Below, piece after piece: positions 1-11,500 of a DNA stretch of 28,085 nt (position 1 is its first letter; the number at the start of each line of letters is the position of its first letter). Source of the DNA: Amoebophrya sp. A120 (lineage: Eukaryota; Protista; Dinoflagellata); NCBI GenBank assembly GCA_905178155.1, contig CAJINV010000032.1:122625-150709 (forward strand), in the 5' to 3' direction. Both the position numbers and the translations under genes were made by a program. The notes beneath the pieces were generated by a model. The model saw only the letters and a list, made by a program, of their open reading frames with translations, was not told where the DNA came from and made no database searches.

Positions 1-112
1 CTTGCACTACCTTACGGACTGAAACTTGTCATGCGTGACTCCCAAAACTCCTAGGTTTGTGTTGCAAAATCCCCATCTTGACTCTGGTGTGGGTACGTTT
101 TTACTCAGGATA
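1..112. mobile_element. Introner family B, partial (cut by window edge)
   Basis: Ends GGGTACGTTTTTACTCAGGATA; closely matches the right end of 6760-7041. Confidence 0.85.
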
Positions 113-3007
113 CTTCTTCCTCCGTCCCCACGAACTTCACCTGGATCACTCGGCCAAACGTGTCGTTATGAATTGAAAACGTTTCTGGGTCTCCTGGACG
201 ATGATTTCGAAGTAGTTTGCCATGCTATTTTGGTATGACTCTACTGCGCCCTGTGCCGCGTGGCCTCGCAGAGCTCCTCGCGTAACGCAGTTTCTCATGC
301 GAGACACACAACACAGAGCCACGAAAAAACAAAAGCTGTCATGCTTGGCGACACATCATACTGTCCTTATGGTTCACTGACATGCATCACAAGTTTCCAG
401 ACCCAGACATATTTGCCGTGGATATCCGTCTCCCAAGTGCGATCCGATCTGCCATTTCTCCTCGTCTCCTAGGAACTGGAGTATGACAGTGCACAACTCC
501 CTCTCCAAAACTCCAAATCCAAGTCCTTCCCTGTGGCACTGTTTGGATGACAGATTCCGGAAGCCCAAACAGTACTACAACAGGCGCATGAACTTGTCAT
601 GCACAGGCTCCAGGTGTGGCGGTGTTTGTGTTGCTGTTCATGCAATACAAATCAGGAGGAGGTGGAGTTATGCACTCTCATATGGAGGTTGGAAAATTGA
701 AAATGCTCGGGGCTGGTGCTACGACTGGAAGATCGGTCGCCGCCGCGTGATTCGCGTCTCTGCGCTTGTATCCAATGCAAAAATGTCTCGGTCTGGAAGA
801 ATGCAGATTTTTGTCATGCTGTTTTTGCACGACACAAAATGTTTGTCATGGAAGCCCTACCATCACAGACTTCAAGAAGCTTCCGCATTGCTTAATCCGC
901 ATGACAAATCCCCCATTTTACTGACAGGAATTGGGCACCTTTTGCTGCCTATGCATGAGAGATTTGTCTGTGTTGTGAAATGCGCATCACAAGTCCGCAT
1001 CCTTCCAGACCCAGACATATTTGCAATGCATAGCTTGATGGGTAAATTGAAAGCGTTCGCGTCTACGAATGGAAGATCGGTCGCGGCCTGGTTGTCGTCT
1101 CTGCGCTTGATAATTCCCGCCTCGTTCATCCGCGATCCGACGCTGCCTGCTATCCTCCCACTCTCGTCGTTTCGCTCCCCTCCTGCTCCCCTCCTCCTCC
1201 GGCTCGTTTCGCTCTCGTCGTCTCTCTCCCCCGCGGCTTTCCCGTCCTCCGGATCGCTGCCTATCGCCGGCCCGCCGTACATTTTCGCGTCCTAATATCC
1301 ACTGCAAACATGTGTGGGTCTGGAAAAGTCGTGTAAAAGTCTGTCATGCAGGTTTTGGAGTATAAATATTCTCGAATTATTTGCACATCGCTAATGCAAA
1401 AGTAGCAAATTACAGGCTTGCGCGAGGTCTCTTGGTGCGCCCCACTGTCTCGCATGAGAACTGCGCTGTTTGCGTAGCGGAATACGGGCAGCTCTTCGAG
1501 CCTCTGTACTACAGATATATAATATGTGTGATGCAGAGTTTGCATTACAAGTTGAAGTTTCCGTCCACCATCCTTCCAGACCCACACATGTTTTCCAGCC
1601 GTATGCTGCTCCTGCTGACGAGTCTGCCCTCCTTGCCGTCCGTTTCTCTTGCTTTCACTCCGTCGTCTACCTCGGGTTTTTCTGCAGTGTAAAAGTATTG
1701 CACTCGTATAAGTGCATTACAAATTTCCTCAGCATGAGAAATAAAATTTGTAATGCTGATTTACCTTGAGAAAAAGATTTGTAATGCATGATTGCAATAC
1801 GAGTGCGATACTTTTGCACAGGATAGCTCTGCTGCGCCGGTCCTCCAGATCGCGAGCACGACCTCGTCGCTCGACAGCATCTCCGACACTATCCTGTGCA
1901 AAAACTTCCCCACCCCGTAGTGAAGCATGGGGATTGGCTACACAAAGCCAACGTCTTTTGGCTGTCGCGCATGACAAGTTTGGGCTCGCCGTGTAATAGC
2001 GTTTTCCTTTTGTAGCTGCATCACAAATCGATCCGCTCATGCTGATTCTAGCATGACAAACTGCCAGACAGCATAATACAGAATTCTCTTCATGGGGCTC
2101 TGTATGGCAAAACATTATGAGGCTTGCGAACTTGCATGACAACTATGGGCGGGGGACGTTTTTACTCAGGATAACCACCTCCGGAGGTCCGCCTTCTGCT
2201 ACGGGTTCCACGTCGGCTGCGTTGTCCTTTCTGGTGGTTGGTATGGAAAGAAAAAAAAGTGCTGAAGAAGTTGTACACTGTGCTTTAGGAAAACAAATCC
2301 AAGGCAGGCAGTACCAGTTTCAACATCCGCGTTTTATTTAGTAACCTCTCCTATGCAGATGATGCATGCCGGGTTTGCATGCTGAAGCTCAAGTCCCAAA
2401 TCATGTCAACGCGTAATAAAACTGCAAAAGCAATTTTTTTCTATGCGTACTCGAAGACGACGTCGCTGCTATCACGAAGATGGCCCCCTCGTCGAACGTC
2501 GTCACTGCGTGAAAAGCGAGCGGCGCCGGGTGCAGCGTGCGGGCTGGGAGATGGCCGCGTCGTGCCCCGTTGATTCGTGCGGGGTTTGCCTTGATGACCA
2601 CGGTGGTCGTGTTGGTGGTGGTGGTAGGCACTACTCGACGGCGCCGCGTTTCCGGTTTGCGGCTGGCTCACGTGCCGCGCGCCGTCGTTCTCGTTGCCGA
2701 TGCTGTCCGCATGCCCGGGCAACCTGGGCCATCCGAGCAGCTCTGCGATTTCCGGCGAAGCTTCGGGGAGGCCTTCCATGTCCCGTAGCGTCAAACTGAG
2801 ATAAAGAGCCGTTTCTAGCATGTCCACATCTTCGCCATCTCCTACCGCGTTCTGAAATATCCGCACCTTGCCCCGGATGTCGGCTTGCTGGTTGATCGTT
2901 TTAAATAGCGCGTCGTAAGTTCTCCGCTTCTCGGCGTCGTCCTGGTACTGCCTGAATCTGCGCCATGCCCTCCTATATGCGGCTGAATATGCTGCGTGAA
3001 ACTGCAT
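113..3007 (-). CDS. Gene 1: CLK/LAMMER-like (CMGC) protein kinase, N-terminal part; continues beyond the left edge
   Basis: Exons 3007-2450, 2236-2174, 1884-1826, 1675-1604, 1290-1033, 763-683, 476-425 and 161-113 join in frame after removing each element plus one DR. They give an Arg/Ser/Gly-rich region, then HFQFSNLQFLGDEEKWQIGSHLGDGTFGRVIQVKF (kinase Gly-rich loop). Only subdomain I is visible; the start codon is uncertain. Confidence 0.75.
167..424. mobile_element. Introner family A (diverged)
   Basis: TATGAATTGAAAACGTTTCTGGGTCT...CCAGACCCAGACATATTTGCCGTGGATA; DR gtcgt/tccgt; splits the kinase GDG|TFG loop. Confidence 0.85.
482..682. mobile_element. Introner family C
   Basis: TIR TATGACAGTGCAC/TGCACTCTCATA; DR tggag/tggag. 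Confidence 0.9.
769..1032. mobile_element. Introner family A
   Basis: ~30-bp TIR TATCCAATGCAAAAATGTCTCGGTCTGGAAG; DR gcttg/gcttg. Confidence 0.92.
1296..1603. mobile_element. Introner family A (diverged)
   Basis: TIR core AAACATGTGTGGGTCTGGAA on both ends; DR decayed (cctaa/tgctg); frame restored by removing element + 5 nt. Confidence 0.8.
1681..1825. mobile_element. Introner family D
   Basis: Similar to 17078-17222; DR gtttt/gctct. Confidence 0.88.
1890..2173. mobile_element. Introner family B
   Basis: TATCCTGTGCAAAAAC...GTTTTTACTCAGGATA; DR gacac/accac. Confidence 0.88.
2242..2449. mobile_element. Introner family G (diverged)
   Basis: TATGGAAAGAAAAAAAAGTGC...GCAATTTTTTTCTATGCGTA; DR decayed; frame restored (VVFE|HQKG). 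Confidence 0.7.
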
Positions 3008-3106
3008 CTCCGCTGTTCAGCGTAAGCCCGCCGAAAACTCTGACGTTTCCGCTTTGAAAGAAGGTCCCACCCGCGATGGACGTCTGATCGGTTCGTGTCA
3101 AAGAGT

Positions 3107-3283
3107 TATCAAATGCAAAAACGTCGGGGTCTGGAAGATTCTGAGACCTGTCATTCATATTTTGCATAAGCACAAACTGCAACTAGACTTGTCTTGCTGG
3201 TCATGCAATACAAATTTTTTTGGAGTCCAAAGTTAGCATCACAAGTTCCAACCTTCCAGACCAAGACATTTTTGCATTTGATA
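3107..3283. mobile_element. Introner family A, short 177-bp variant
   Basis: Intact family A TIRs with shortened interior; DR agagt/aaagg. Confidence 0.88.
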
Positions 3284-4033
3284 AAAGGGCTGCTCAACTC
3301 CTGCTCGTTAGGACTCGACGTCAGGAGTCCACTGAGAGACGATCGGGATCTTCGCCATAAATAATCTGACGCATGAACAATTATACCACATGCAGGCTTG
3401 ATGAAAATTACTCGACGAGATCTACATACGTGCTAGGCGTTGTCGAAACAAGAATGGCATAGCTACGCGCTTCGTGTTGTCGTGTTGCACGCGTGTAGTT
3501 TTGTAGTCCTCTCTTGCCACAGGTTACAGCACATACATCCTCTCTTGCTACAGAGAATTACAGCACACACATTCTTAGTTTTGTGTGTGAAACAATAATC
3601 GAATTGCAACAACTGCGAAGGACCACTGAGACACGACGGAGCTGCCCGGAGGAGAATACTAGACGGTAGCCGAAAATATTAAACCTCTACGATCTATCAA
3701 GTAGGTTGTTCACAACATACAAGACACGAGTTTTCGCGGCCCCGACTGGTACACGGCATTAGATGATATTATTAACCTCGGCTTCTGATTATAAAACAGA
3801 ACTTACTTGTTTTTCTAGGGATCCTCCAGTTATGATGCTGTCAAAGCGTCACTGTATCTTATCTTCTGGTCGTCAAATGGTCCACCAAAACTGATGATGT
3901 AAATCTGATGAATTTATTCTATTCGGCGCTTTCGCCTCAGAATATCCTTTTACGACCCTGCATTCTCATTATCGCCTGGATTGGTACTCTATCTGCTGCT
4001 GAAACCGATTGAAAAGATTGTGCTGCTGATGTA

Positions 4034-4066
4034 GAAGAAGAAGAAGAAGAAGAAGAAGATGATGAT
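4034..4066 (+). repeat. (GAA)8(GAT)3 microsatellite
   Basis: Direct reading. Confidence 0.9.
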
Positions 4067-4133
4067 GACAAAGTAGAAGCATTTCTGTAGTTGGAGCTGT
4101 TATTCGAGGAACCAGATTATCCTCCAAAACTCC

Positions 4134-5115
4134 TTTGTTGCTTCACTTGGACTGCTGTTGGACAAACGAACCGAGAGGAAAATAAGCCTCTTCATCCTCA
4201 CTTGTCCTCTACGCCAGAGGTAAAACAAAGATCATCCTCACCCGTGACTAGTAGCCATCAAATATGTACGAATTTGGATCTCCATCTCGTTAGCCCCCTT
4301 AGCAGACAAAAATATTAAAGACTGGCATCTAATAATCCGTAGCTGTTGTACCTGTACCTCATAGCTCTGCTATTGTAGTAGAAATCGAAAGGTGGTGGAA
4401 AATAGCGTGCTGGAGTGGCTGCACGGCATCTTTCTGAAACTGCCTTGAACTTGTCCAAAAGTGGGCATCTTTTGGTAATCATGCAACACAATTTTTTGGT
4501 ACGATGCAGATTTAGCATGACAGGTTGCAACCTTCCAGAGGACCCAGACATATTTGTTGCTTCACTTGGACTGCTGTTGGACAAACGAACCGAGATGGAA
4601 TAGATAAGCCTCTTCAAATCCTCACTTCTTTAGGCTAGAGATAAACAATCAAGATCATTCTCGTCCGTCGTGATTACTGCCAAATATGTACGAATTTGGA
4701 TCAACATCTCTTTACTGTTGTTTTAGTACTTATTCTGATCTTTCCCATCGTGATTCTCGACTCTTTCACGACCCTGCAGCTCGTCCGTGAAAAATAAACA
4801 GGAAAGAACGTTTTCAAAGATATATCTTTTGCCTTCGAGTCGGAGTGGCAACACACTTCTCGTTGAAAAAACATAAATAAAATAAGCCTCTTCATCCTCA
4901 CTTCTCTACGCCAGAGATAAAAAAATGAAGATCATGCTCATCCGTGACAAGTAGCCATCAAATATGTACGAATTTGGATCTCCATCTCGTTAGCCTTAGC
5001 AGACAAAAAAGACTGGCATATAATAATCCGAAGCTGTGCGTGTGCCTCACAGCTCTGTTATTGTAGTAGAAATCGGGAGGTGGAAAATAGCGTGCTGGAG
5101 CGGCTGCACGGCATC
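4134..5115. repeat. Degenerate local triplication (4134-4430, 4554-4710, ~4879-5115)
   Basis: Shared blocks ATAAGCCTCTTCA and CAAATATGTACGAATTTGGATC (all three copies) and GGAAAATAGCGTGCTGGAG (copies 1 and 3). Confidence 0.85.
4431..4556. mobile_element. Truncated right half of a family A element
   Basis: Matches the interior and right TIR of 7446-7711; terminus missing; lies at the duplication junction. Confidence 0.75.
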
Positions 5116-5530
5116 GGCATGTAGAAAATATTGGTAGTCTTTTGAAACGCTTCTGCTCCTGCAACCTCTGCTGCAACACAAAGTCCAATTTTTTATTCTC
5201 AAGATGATTGAAAATGAAAAGCATCGCTACTCTAGTGTCTATATTCTCAAAATCGAATTAGTCGTGGTAGGAACTACCTAGTTGTACGTATTGAATTTTA
5301 TTTCGCAGAAAAGAAGTGGTAAAACTTGTTCAGAATCGACAGAAAGGGAAAAGTTTCGCTTCTGGGTCTGGGCCTTGCTGGTAGTAAAATACAGTTGTGT
5401 GAAGAACATATTCATTGGTGAATACAATTCGCCACATTCGAGCCAAAATTGTGAAACACCTACATGAATAATTGTATTTTCGAGCAGGTTTTCATGCAGG
5501 TCTGCATTTCCACCACCACCGACTTTCGCA

Positions 5531-8500
5531 TTACTCCATTTCCATTTTCCACACCGCTTGCAGAATCGGCAAGCCGTACCCCGGCTCATCGGTGAGTTGC
5601 TTCGACCACGCGTCCCGAAAGACGTACTTTCTCCACGTGTCTTTGAATTCCAGCATCTGCGTCATCGAAATAATGCATGACAGTGCACAACGCCCCCTCC
5701 CCCTCATTTGTATAGCATGAACGGCAGTACAAGCGTCAACAAGAATGCCAGTTTTGCATGACAAATTTACACAGGATTGTAGTACTGTTGGGGCTTCCTG
5801 AGTTTGTCATGCAAAAAGTGCTAAGAGGCACAGCCTGGATTTGGTATTTTGCATGACAAATGAGGGGGAGGGGGAGTGGTGCACTGTCATATGATGTCCA
5901 GCTGCTTCGTCGCGGGATCGTCCGGAAACGGAGGCATACCACGACGACCCTCGTCGGCCAATCCGCTGCTTTGACCCGTGTTCCGCTCTTCTGTCTCCCC
6001 TGCCGTTCGTGTACTTTTCAGGTACATCTGGTCGATCTCCCAGTCCTTGAGCTCGTCGTGGATTTTCTTTTGCAAGTAGTCCATTTTTCCGGCGCGGGCG
6101 GTAGATTCTTTGTTGGATTCATTTGCCATCTCGATGGACTCCGATGTGGTGGCAGTCGTGAGCAAATCTTCGTCCATGTACAGCAGATATTTCGAGCACA
6201 GAAGCTTTTCGACGACGTCTTGGGACAGGTACCGGAGCTTATGGAAGTCTCAGAATCGAAGTTGACAAAATCGAAAAACTTGTGATGCATAAAATCGATA
6301 CCAGTTGGAGCTTCAGTGTGCAGGTGGCGCATGACAAATTTTGGAAGTACCCAAATCCCGCCTGTCATGCTGTTTGGGCAAAGAAGACTACTCCTGTCAT
6401 ACTACTCTTGCAGCGCATTGCATACCCCCAAACAGGCTTACAATCGGGCTCACTTGCCTGCTCCCCAATACAGGCCTCCAGTGCTGCACTGAGTGCAGCC
6501 CTACATTTTATGCATCACAAATCTTTCGATTTTGTCGATTTCGATCCTGACACACTCATAGAGCTTCGGGGGCAAGTACTCCTTGCGCAGCCTCCACTTT
6601 TTTTCCGCCGCCACGGCCCCCGCTTCAGACGGGTCTGTGGCAGTACTACTTGCTGTGGGATCCGGTACGGTTTCTTCGTGCTCCCAATCCGTGGCCATCG
6701 AACCCTTGCCCCGAAACTCGTTGAAGTTTGCGGCGTCAAAGATGTAAAACTGCTCCGCCTATCCTGAGCAAAAATGTACCCACCCCAGAGTTGTCATGCA
6801 GATTTGCAGCTACAGGAAGACTTGTAATGCGCATCCACATGAGAGGCATTTCCAATCGCGTTTTGCGCTTTGTAATGCTGTCGACAGGATGAGTAGCTGG
6901 ATTTGTGTTGCGGCTGTGCTTGCTAAACTGCACTACAATACAGAGACGAACTTGATGTCATGCGTGACTCACAAAACTCCTAGGTTTGTGTTGCAAAATC
7001 CCCAGCTTGACTCTGGTGTGGGTACGTTTTTACTCAGGATACCGCCGGGGTTTTCACGATGGTAAACTCGTATCGTAAGGGAAAATCCCCCCTCCCCATA
7101 TCGAAAAGGTAGATCTCAGAAAATTTGCAATGCTGATTTGCGACCTCAAATCGTCTCTGTCTTGCAAGAACGCAGCTCCACAGTCTCCGCCGCATTCTGC
7201 AGGCGGTTTGTGATGCTGGTGGCCCTACAGACTAGAGGTTTGCCATGCTCAGCGCCTAGCCCAAAACATCTCTACTCAGTCTAGGTGTGGGCCTGCAGTC
7301 CTCTCCAGCAAGATAAATCTGATTTGTGTACCCAAATCCAGCATCAGAAACCTCGTTTTAATATGGGTTGGGGGCTTTTTTCACTTTGATAACTCGTGCC
7401 GGATGACCAAGTCCTTTTCTGCTTTGATGCTCACCTTGAAAGAGTTATCAAATGCAAAAGTGTCTGGGTCTGGAAGATTGCACACTTGTCATGCAGGTTT
7501 TCCATCATGACCCATGAGGTCTGGAATGCGGGACCTAGCATGACAGACTCTGTGAGGTCTGTATCATGCCTATCCTGCATGAGAAACTCTCTCCCAACTT
7601 GGTCGAAAGTGGACAGGTTTTGGCACTCATGCAACACAGATTTTTGCATGATTCAGATGTAGCATGACAAGTTGCAATCTTCCAGACATCCAGACATATT
7701 TGCAATGCATAAGAGTACGTTTGCAGCATTTTGTTGAACTGTGCGTCCTATCAAATGCAAAAATGTCTGGGTCTGGAAGGTTCTGAGACTTGTCATGCAC
7801 ATTTTGCACGAGCCATGATGTCTGTGATGCATGCCCTAGCATCACAGATTTTTTGAGGGCTTCTTAATGCCAATTCCGCATGACAAATGCCCTCCCCGCG
7901 TGGCAAACATTACGTTCCCTTTGCTGCTCATGTAATACAGATTTTTTTGGAATCCAAATTCAGCATCACAAGCTGCGTTCTTCCAGACCCAGACATTTTC
8001 GCATTTGATACGTCCAACGAAACGTCCGGGTTTGGGGCAATATGAACTGCAAAAGTATCGTAAACTCGTAGTTGTAAAAATGCAACCAATACAAATTAGC
8101 TCCGCTAGCATGACAAATGGAATTTGCCATGCTGCTTCAGCTTGAAAAAGCCGTCGGTATTTTTGCGTGACTGCGATTAACAGTACGAGTTGAGCGATAC
8201 TTTTGCACAGGATACGCAACCCTCCGGAACAGTTTCTCCATGAGGCAGTAGGGCTGGGTGTAGATGCCCTTTCCGTTTTCCTGCTCCCGGGAATGCCCTA
8301 ACTCTTTCAGCCGGTAAAGCTCATCCGACTCCGAGGGCTTCACCTCTTCCAAGCCGCTGTTCAGCGTGAGCCCGCCGAAAACCCCGACGTTCCCGTTTTT
8401 GAAGTAGTAGGCCTATGAACTGCAAAAGCATCGTACTCGTAGTAATTGCAAACATGCGTGACAAATCTTCTTCCTAAGGTGAAACAGCATTACAAGTTGC

Positions 8501-11500
8501 ATTTCTGACGCTGAGGGAATTTGGGATGCTATCAATACTAGTACGTTACTTTTGCAGTAGTTCATAAGGCCGTTTTACCCGCGAGGTTCGTCTGCTTCTT
8601 CAGCACTGGCATGGCAGGAAATATTGTCGGAAATGAACCGTCGCCCACAGCAGGGTCATCTGCTTCGCCGGTCATCCGGCGCTCCACCCCAACAGAGCTA
8701 CTAGACGGCGTCGCGCTTGTGGAGGAAATCAGCAGGTAGGCTGCAATATGCAATGCAAAAGTATCGTACTCGTACAAATGCAATTCTTGCATTACAAATC
8801 TTGTTCCCAAGGCAAATCTGCATTGCAAATTTTGTTTCTCATGCTGAGGAAATTTGTATTGCAATTTCTGCTACTACGATACTTTTGCAATGCATATGCA
8901 AGTGCCGTCGCCGCTTGGGCATCGTAGAAATACGTTCCTGTTATGGAAGTGTCAGGATCGAAATCGACAAAGTTGAAATGATTTGCCATGCATAAAATGC
9001 AGCCCACGAAGTCCCTGTCTTGCAGAGTAGGCAAGTGAAACAGATTGTAAGCCTGTTGACGGGTAGAAATGGAGCTGCTAAAGTAGCATGACAAAAGGCG
9101 TTTGCCTTACCCAAACAGCATGACAAACTGGATTTCGGCTCTATCCAAATTTGTCATGCGCCACATGGAAACTGGGTTACAGCTGGCATGCATTTTATGC
9201 ACGACAAATCATTTCAAATTCAACTTTGTCGATTTCGATTCTGACACCTCCATACCTGTTAGCTCTTGAATAAGCAGAGGGTACAGCCGGTCCAACTCGG
9301 TGCGAATCGCCGTCTGCAGGCCTGTATGCATTGCAAGAACAGCATCGTGCTACGCAGAAATTTTTGCACGACAGATTTATCAAAAGGAAAATAGTGATTT
9401 TGTCATGCTGGGATAGAAACTAAAGTACATGCAGATTTGTCATGCAGAATTGCAAGCGCGAGTGCGATGCTTTTGCACAATGCATAGTCCAGCAACGTGG
9501 CTTCGTAGGTTTGTTGCATCATCGCAAGCAATATCAACTGCGAAAATGCCTGGGTCTGGAAACTTGTGATGCAAGAAAGGGAGTAGTGAACTCACTATAA
9601 TGCGCTCCCAAGCATGACAAGTTTTTTCCACGGCTCTGAGTTACGTACTCCGCATGAGAAACTGCGTTTTTGCATGACAGGGAGGAGGAGCTCTTCGCGG
9701 CCATGCAACACAGAGTTCAGAGTCATGCCAGACAAGCATGACAAATCTCGCAATCTCCCAGACCCAGACATTCTTGCATTTGATAAGCAAGTCGCGGGTC
9801 CGGTAATAGTCGATGTGGTCCATGCCGTGCTTCCGTAGCCGGCTGCCTATCCTGAGTAAAAATGTCCCCCACCAGAGTCAAGATGGGAAATCTGCTAGAC
9901 AAATCAACCAGCTCTGGTTGTTTCGCATGACAAATTTGTCCTTGTAGTGTAATCCTGTTTAGCTAGTTCCGAAGCATCACAGATCCAGCTTGTCATGGTG
10001 ATTCTAGCATCACAAATTCCAACACACGAGTAGAAAATGGCTCTCATGGGGCTCCGCATGAGAGACTTTTTTGGCATGCACATTTGCACGACAACTCTGG
10101 GAAGATGGGGACGTTTTCACTTAGGATACTGAGGTCGCGGTCTTCGTTGAGGGCCCGGCGCTTCACGTCCAGCTGCCGCCAGAACCACGACTCGAACCAG
10201 GACACAAATTCCTCGGGCTTTTCTGTCATTTCCACGTTCCACTCGACGGCTGGTTTGTCCTGAGCAAAAGTCTCGTACTCGTATAAATGCAAGTCCTGCA
10301 TTACAAATCTTGTTTCCAAGGCAAATCTGCATTACAAATTTTATTTCTCATGCTGAGGAAATTTGTAATGCATTTACACGAGTGCGATATCATACATTTG
10401 CAATTCATATGGTTCCGTGTCGCCCGTGCGCGGCACGAACCCCACTCCCGGGTATCAAGTGCAAAAACGTCTGGGTCTGGAAGAATGTAAACTTCTCATG
10501 CATATTTTCCATGCCCCATGAGGTTTGGAATGCAGGACCTAGCATGACAGGTTCTGCGACGTCCCTATCATGCCTAGTATCCTGCATGACAAACTGCCTC
10601 TAAATTTGTTCAAAACTGCACAGTTTTTGGTAGTCATGCAACACAAATTTTTGTACGATCCAGACTTAGCATGACGAGTTCGCATCCTCCCAGACATCCA
10701 GGAATATTTGCAGTGCATACCGGGCTGCCGTACCCGAATCCTGTGAGGAGAAACGCCAACGCGAAATCCGGCTTCGGGCTGAGATTGAGGTTATGCATTG
10801 CAAATATCTCTGGTTCTGGAAGATGGCAACTTGTCATGCCAAATCTGAATGATGCAAAAAATCTGTGTTGCATGATTACCAACAGCCGTCCTTTTTATAC
10901 AAGTTGAGATGCTATTTCTCATGCAGGATAGGCATGATAGCGATCATCCCACAGAGTCTGTATCTGTCATGCGAGGTGCTGCATTCCAGACCTCATGGGT
11001 CATGGAAACTGGCATGACAAATCTTGCATCCTTCCAGACCTAGACCACATATTTGCATTTGATAAAGGTGCTTTAAATACCACTTCTTGTACGAGTTGGT
11101 GCGCTCTTTTTGCAGCAGGGGCAGGACCGTGTGCTCGAAGATAGATTTTTCGACTACGCTGGTGACGTCGGCGGAGCTCCTGCCCGGCTTCGATGTGGCT
11201 CGGCTTATTTTTTCAACCGCATCTTCATTCCCTGCAGTTTGCTCCTCATGCCCGAGCGCGAAGTGCTTCCAGTCCTCGAGATCCGCGGTCGCTTTTCGCC
11301 AGAAGTTCTTCATGACTTGTCCTTTCTATCGACTGCAAATAGGTCTGGGGCTGGAAGGTTGCAACTTGCAATGCAGCCTTTGGATTCGGCATGAAATCTG
11401 TATTGCATAAACAGCAAAAAAGGTCCATTTTTTTCTACCCGGAGGGGGATCATGCGGTATACGCATCAAAAAGCCAACACAAACTCTGTGATGCTAGGGC

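Noticed and set aside
483-1295. 270-aa + strand ORF and the 872-1282 minus-strand ORF
   Set aside because: The + ORF runs through two elements, and the 872-1282 frame stops after splicing. Only the third minus frame connects to the kinase motif.
3008-3360. Stop-codon reassignment (TGA=Trp would extend the kinase frame upstream)
   Set aside because: More than 2,500 reconstructed codons elsewhere need no read-through, genes end in TAA or TGA, and the homologous gene 2 segment is conserved in another frame.
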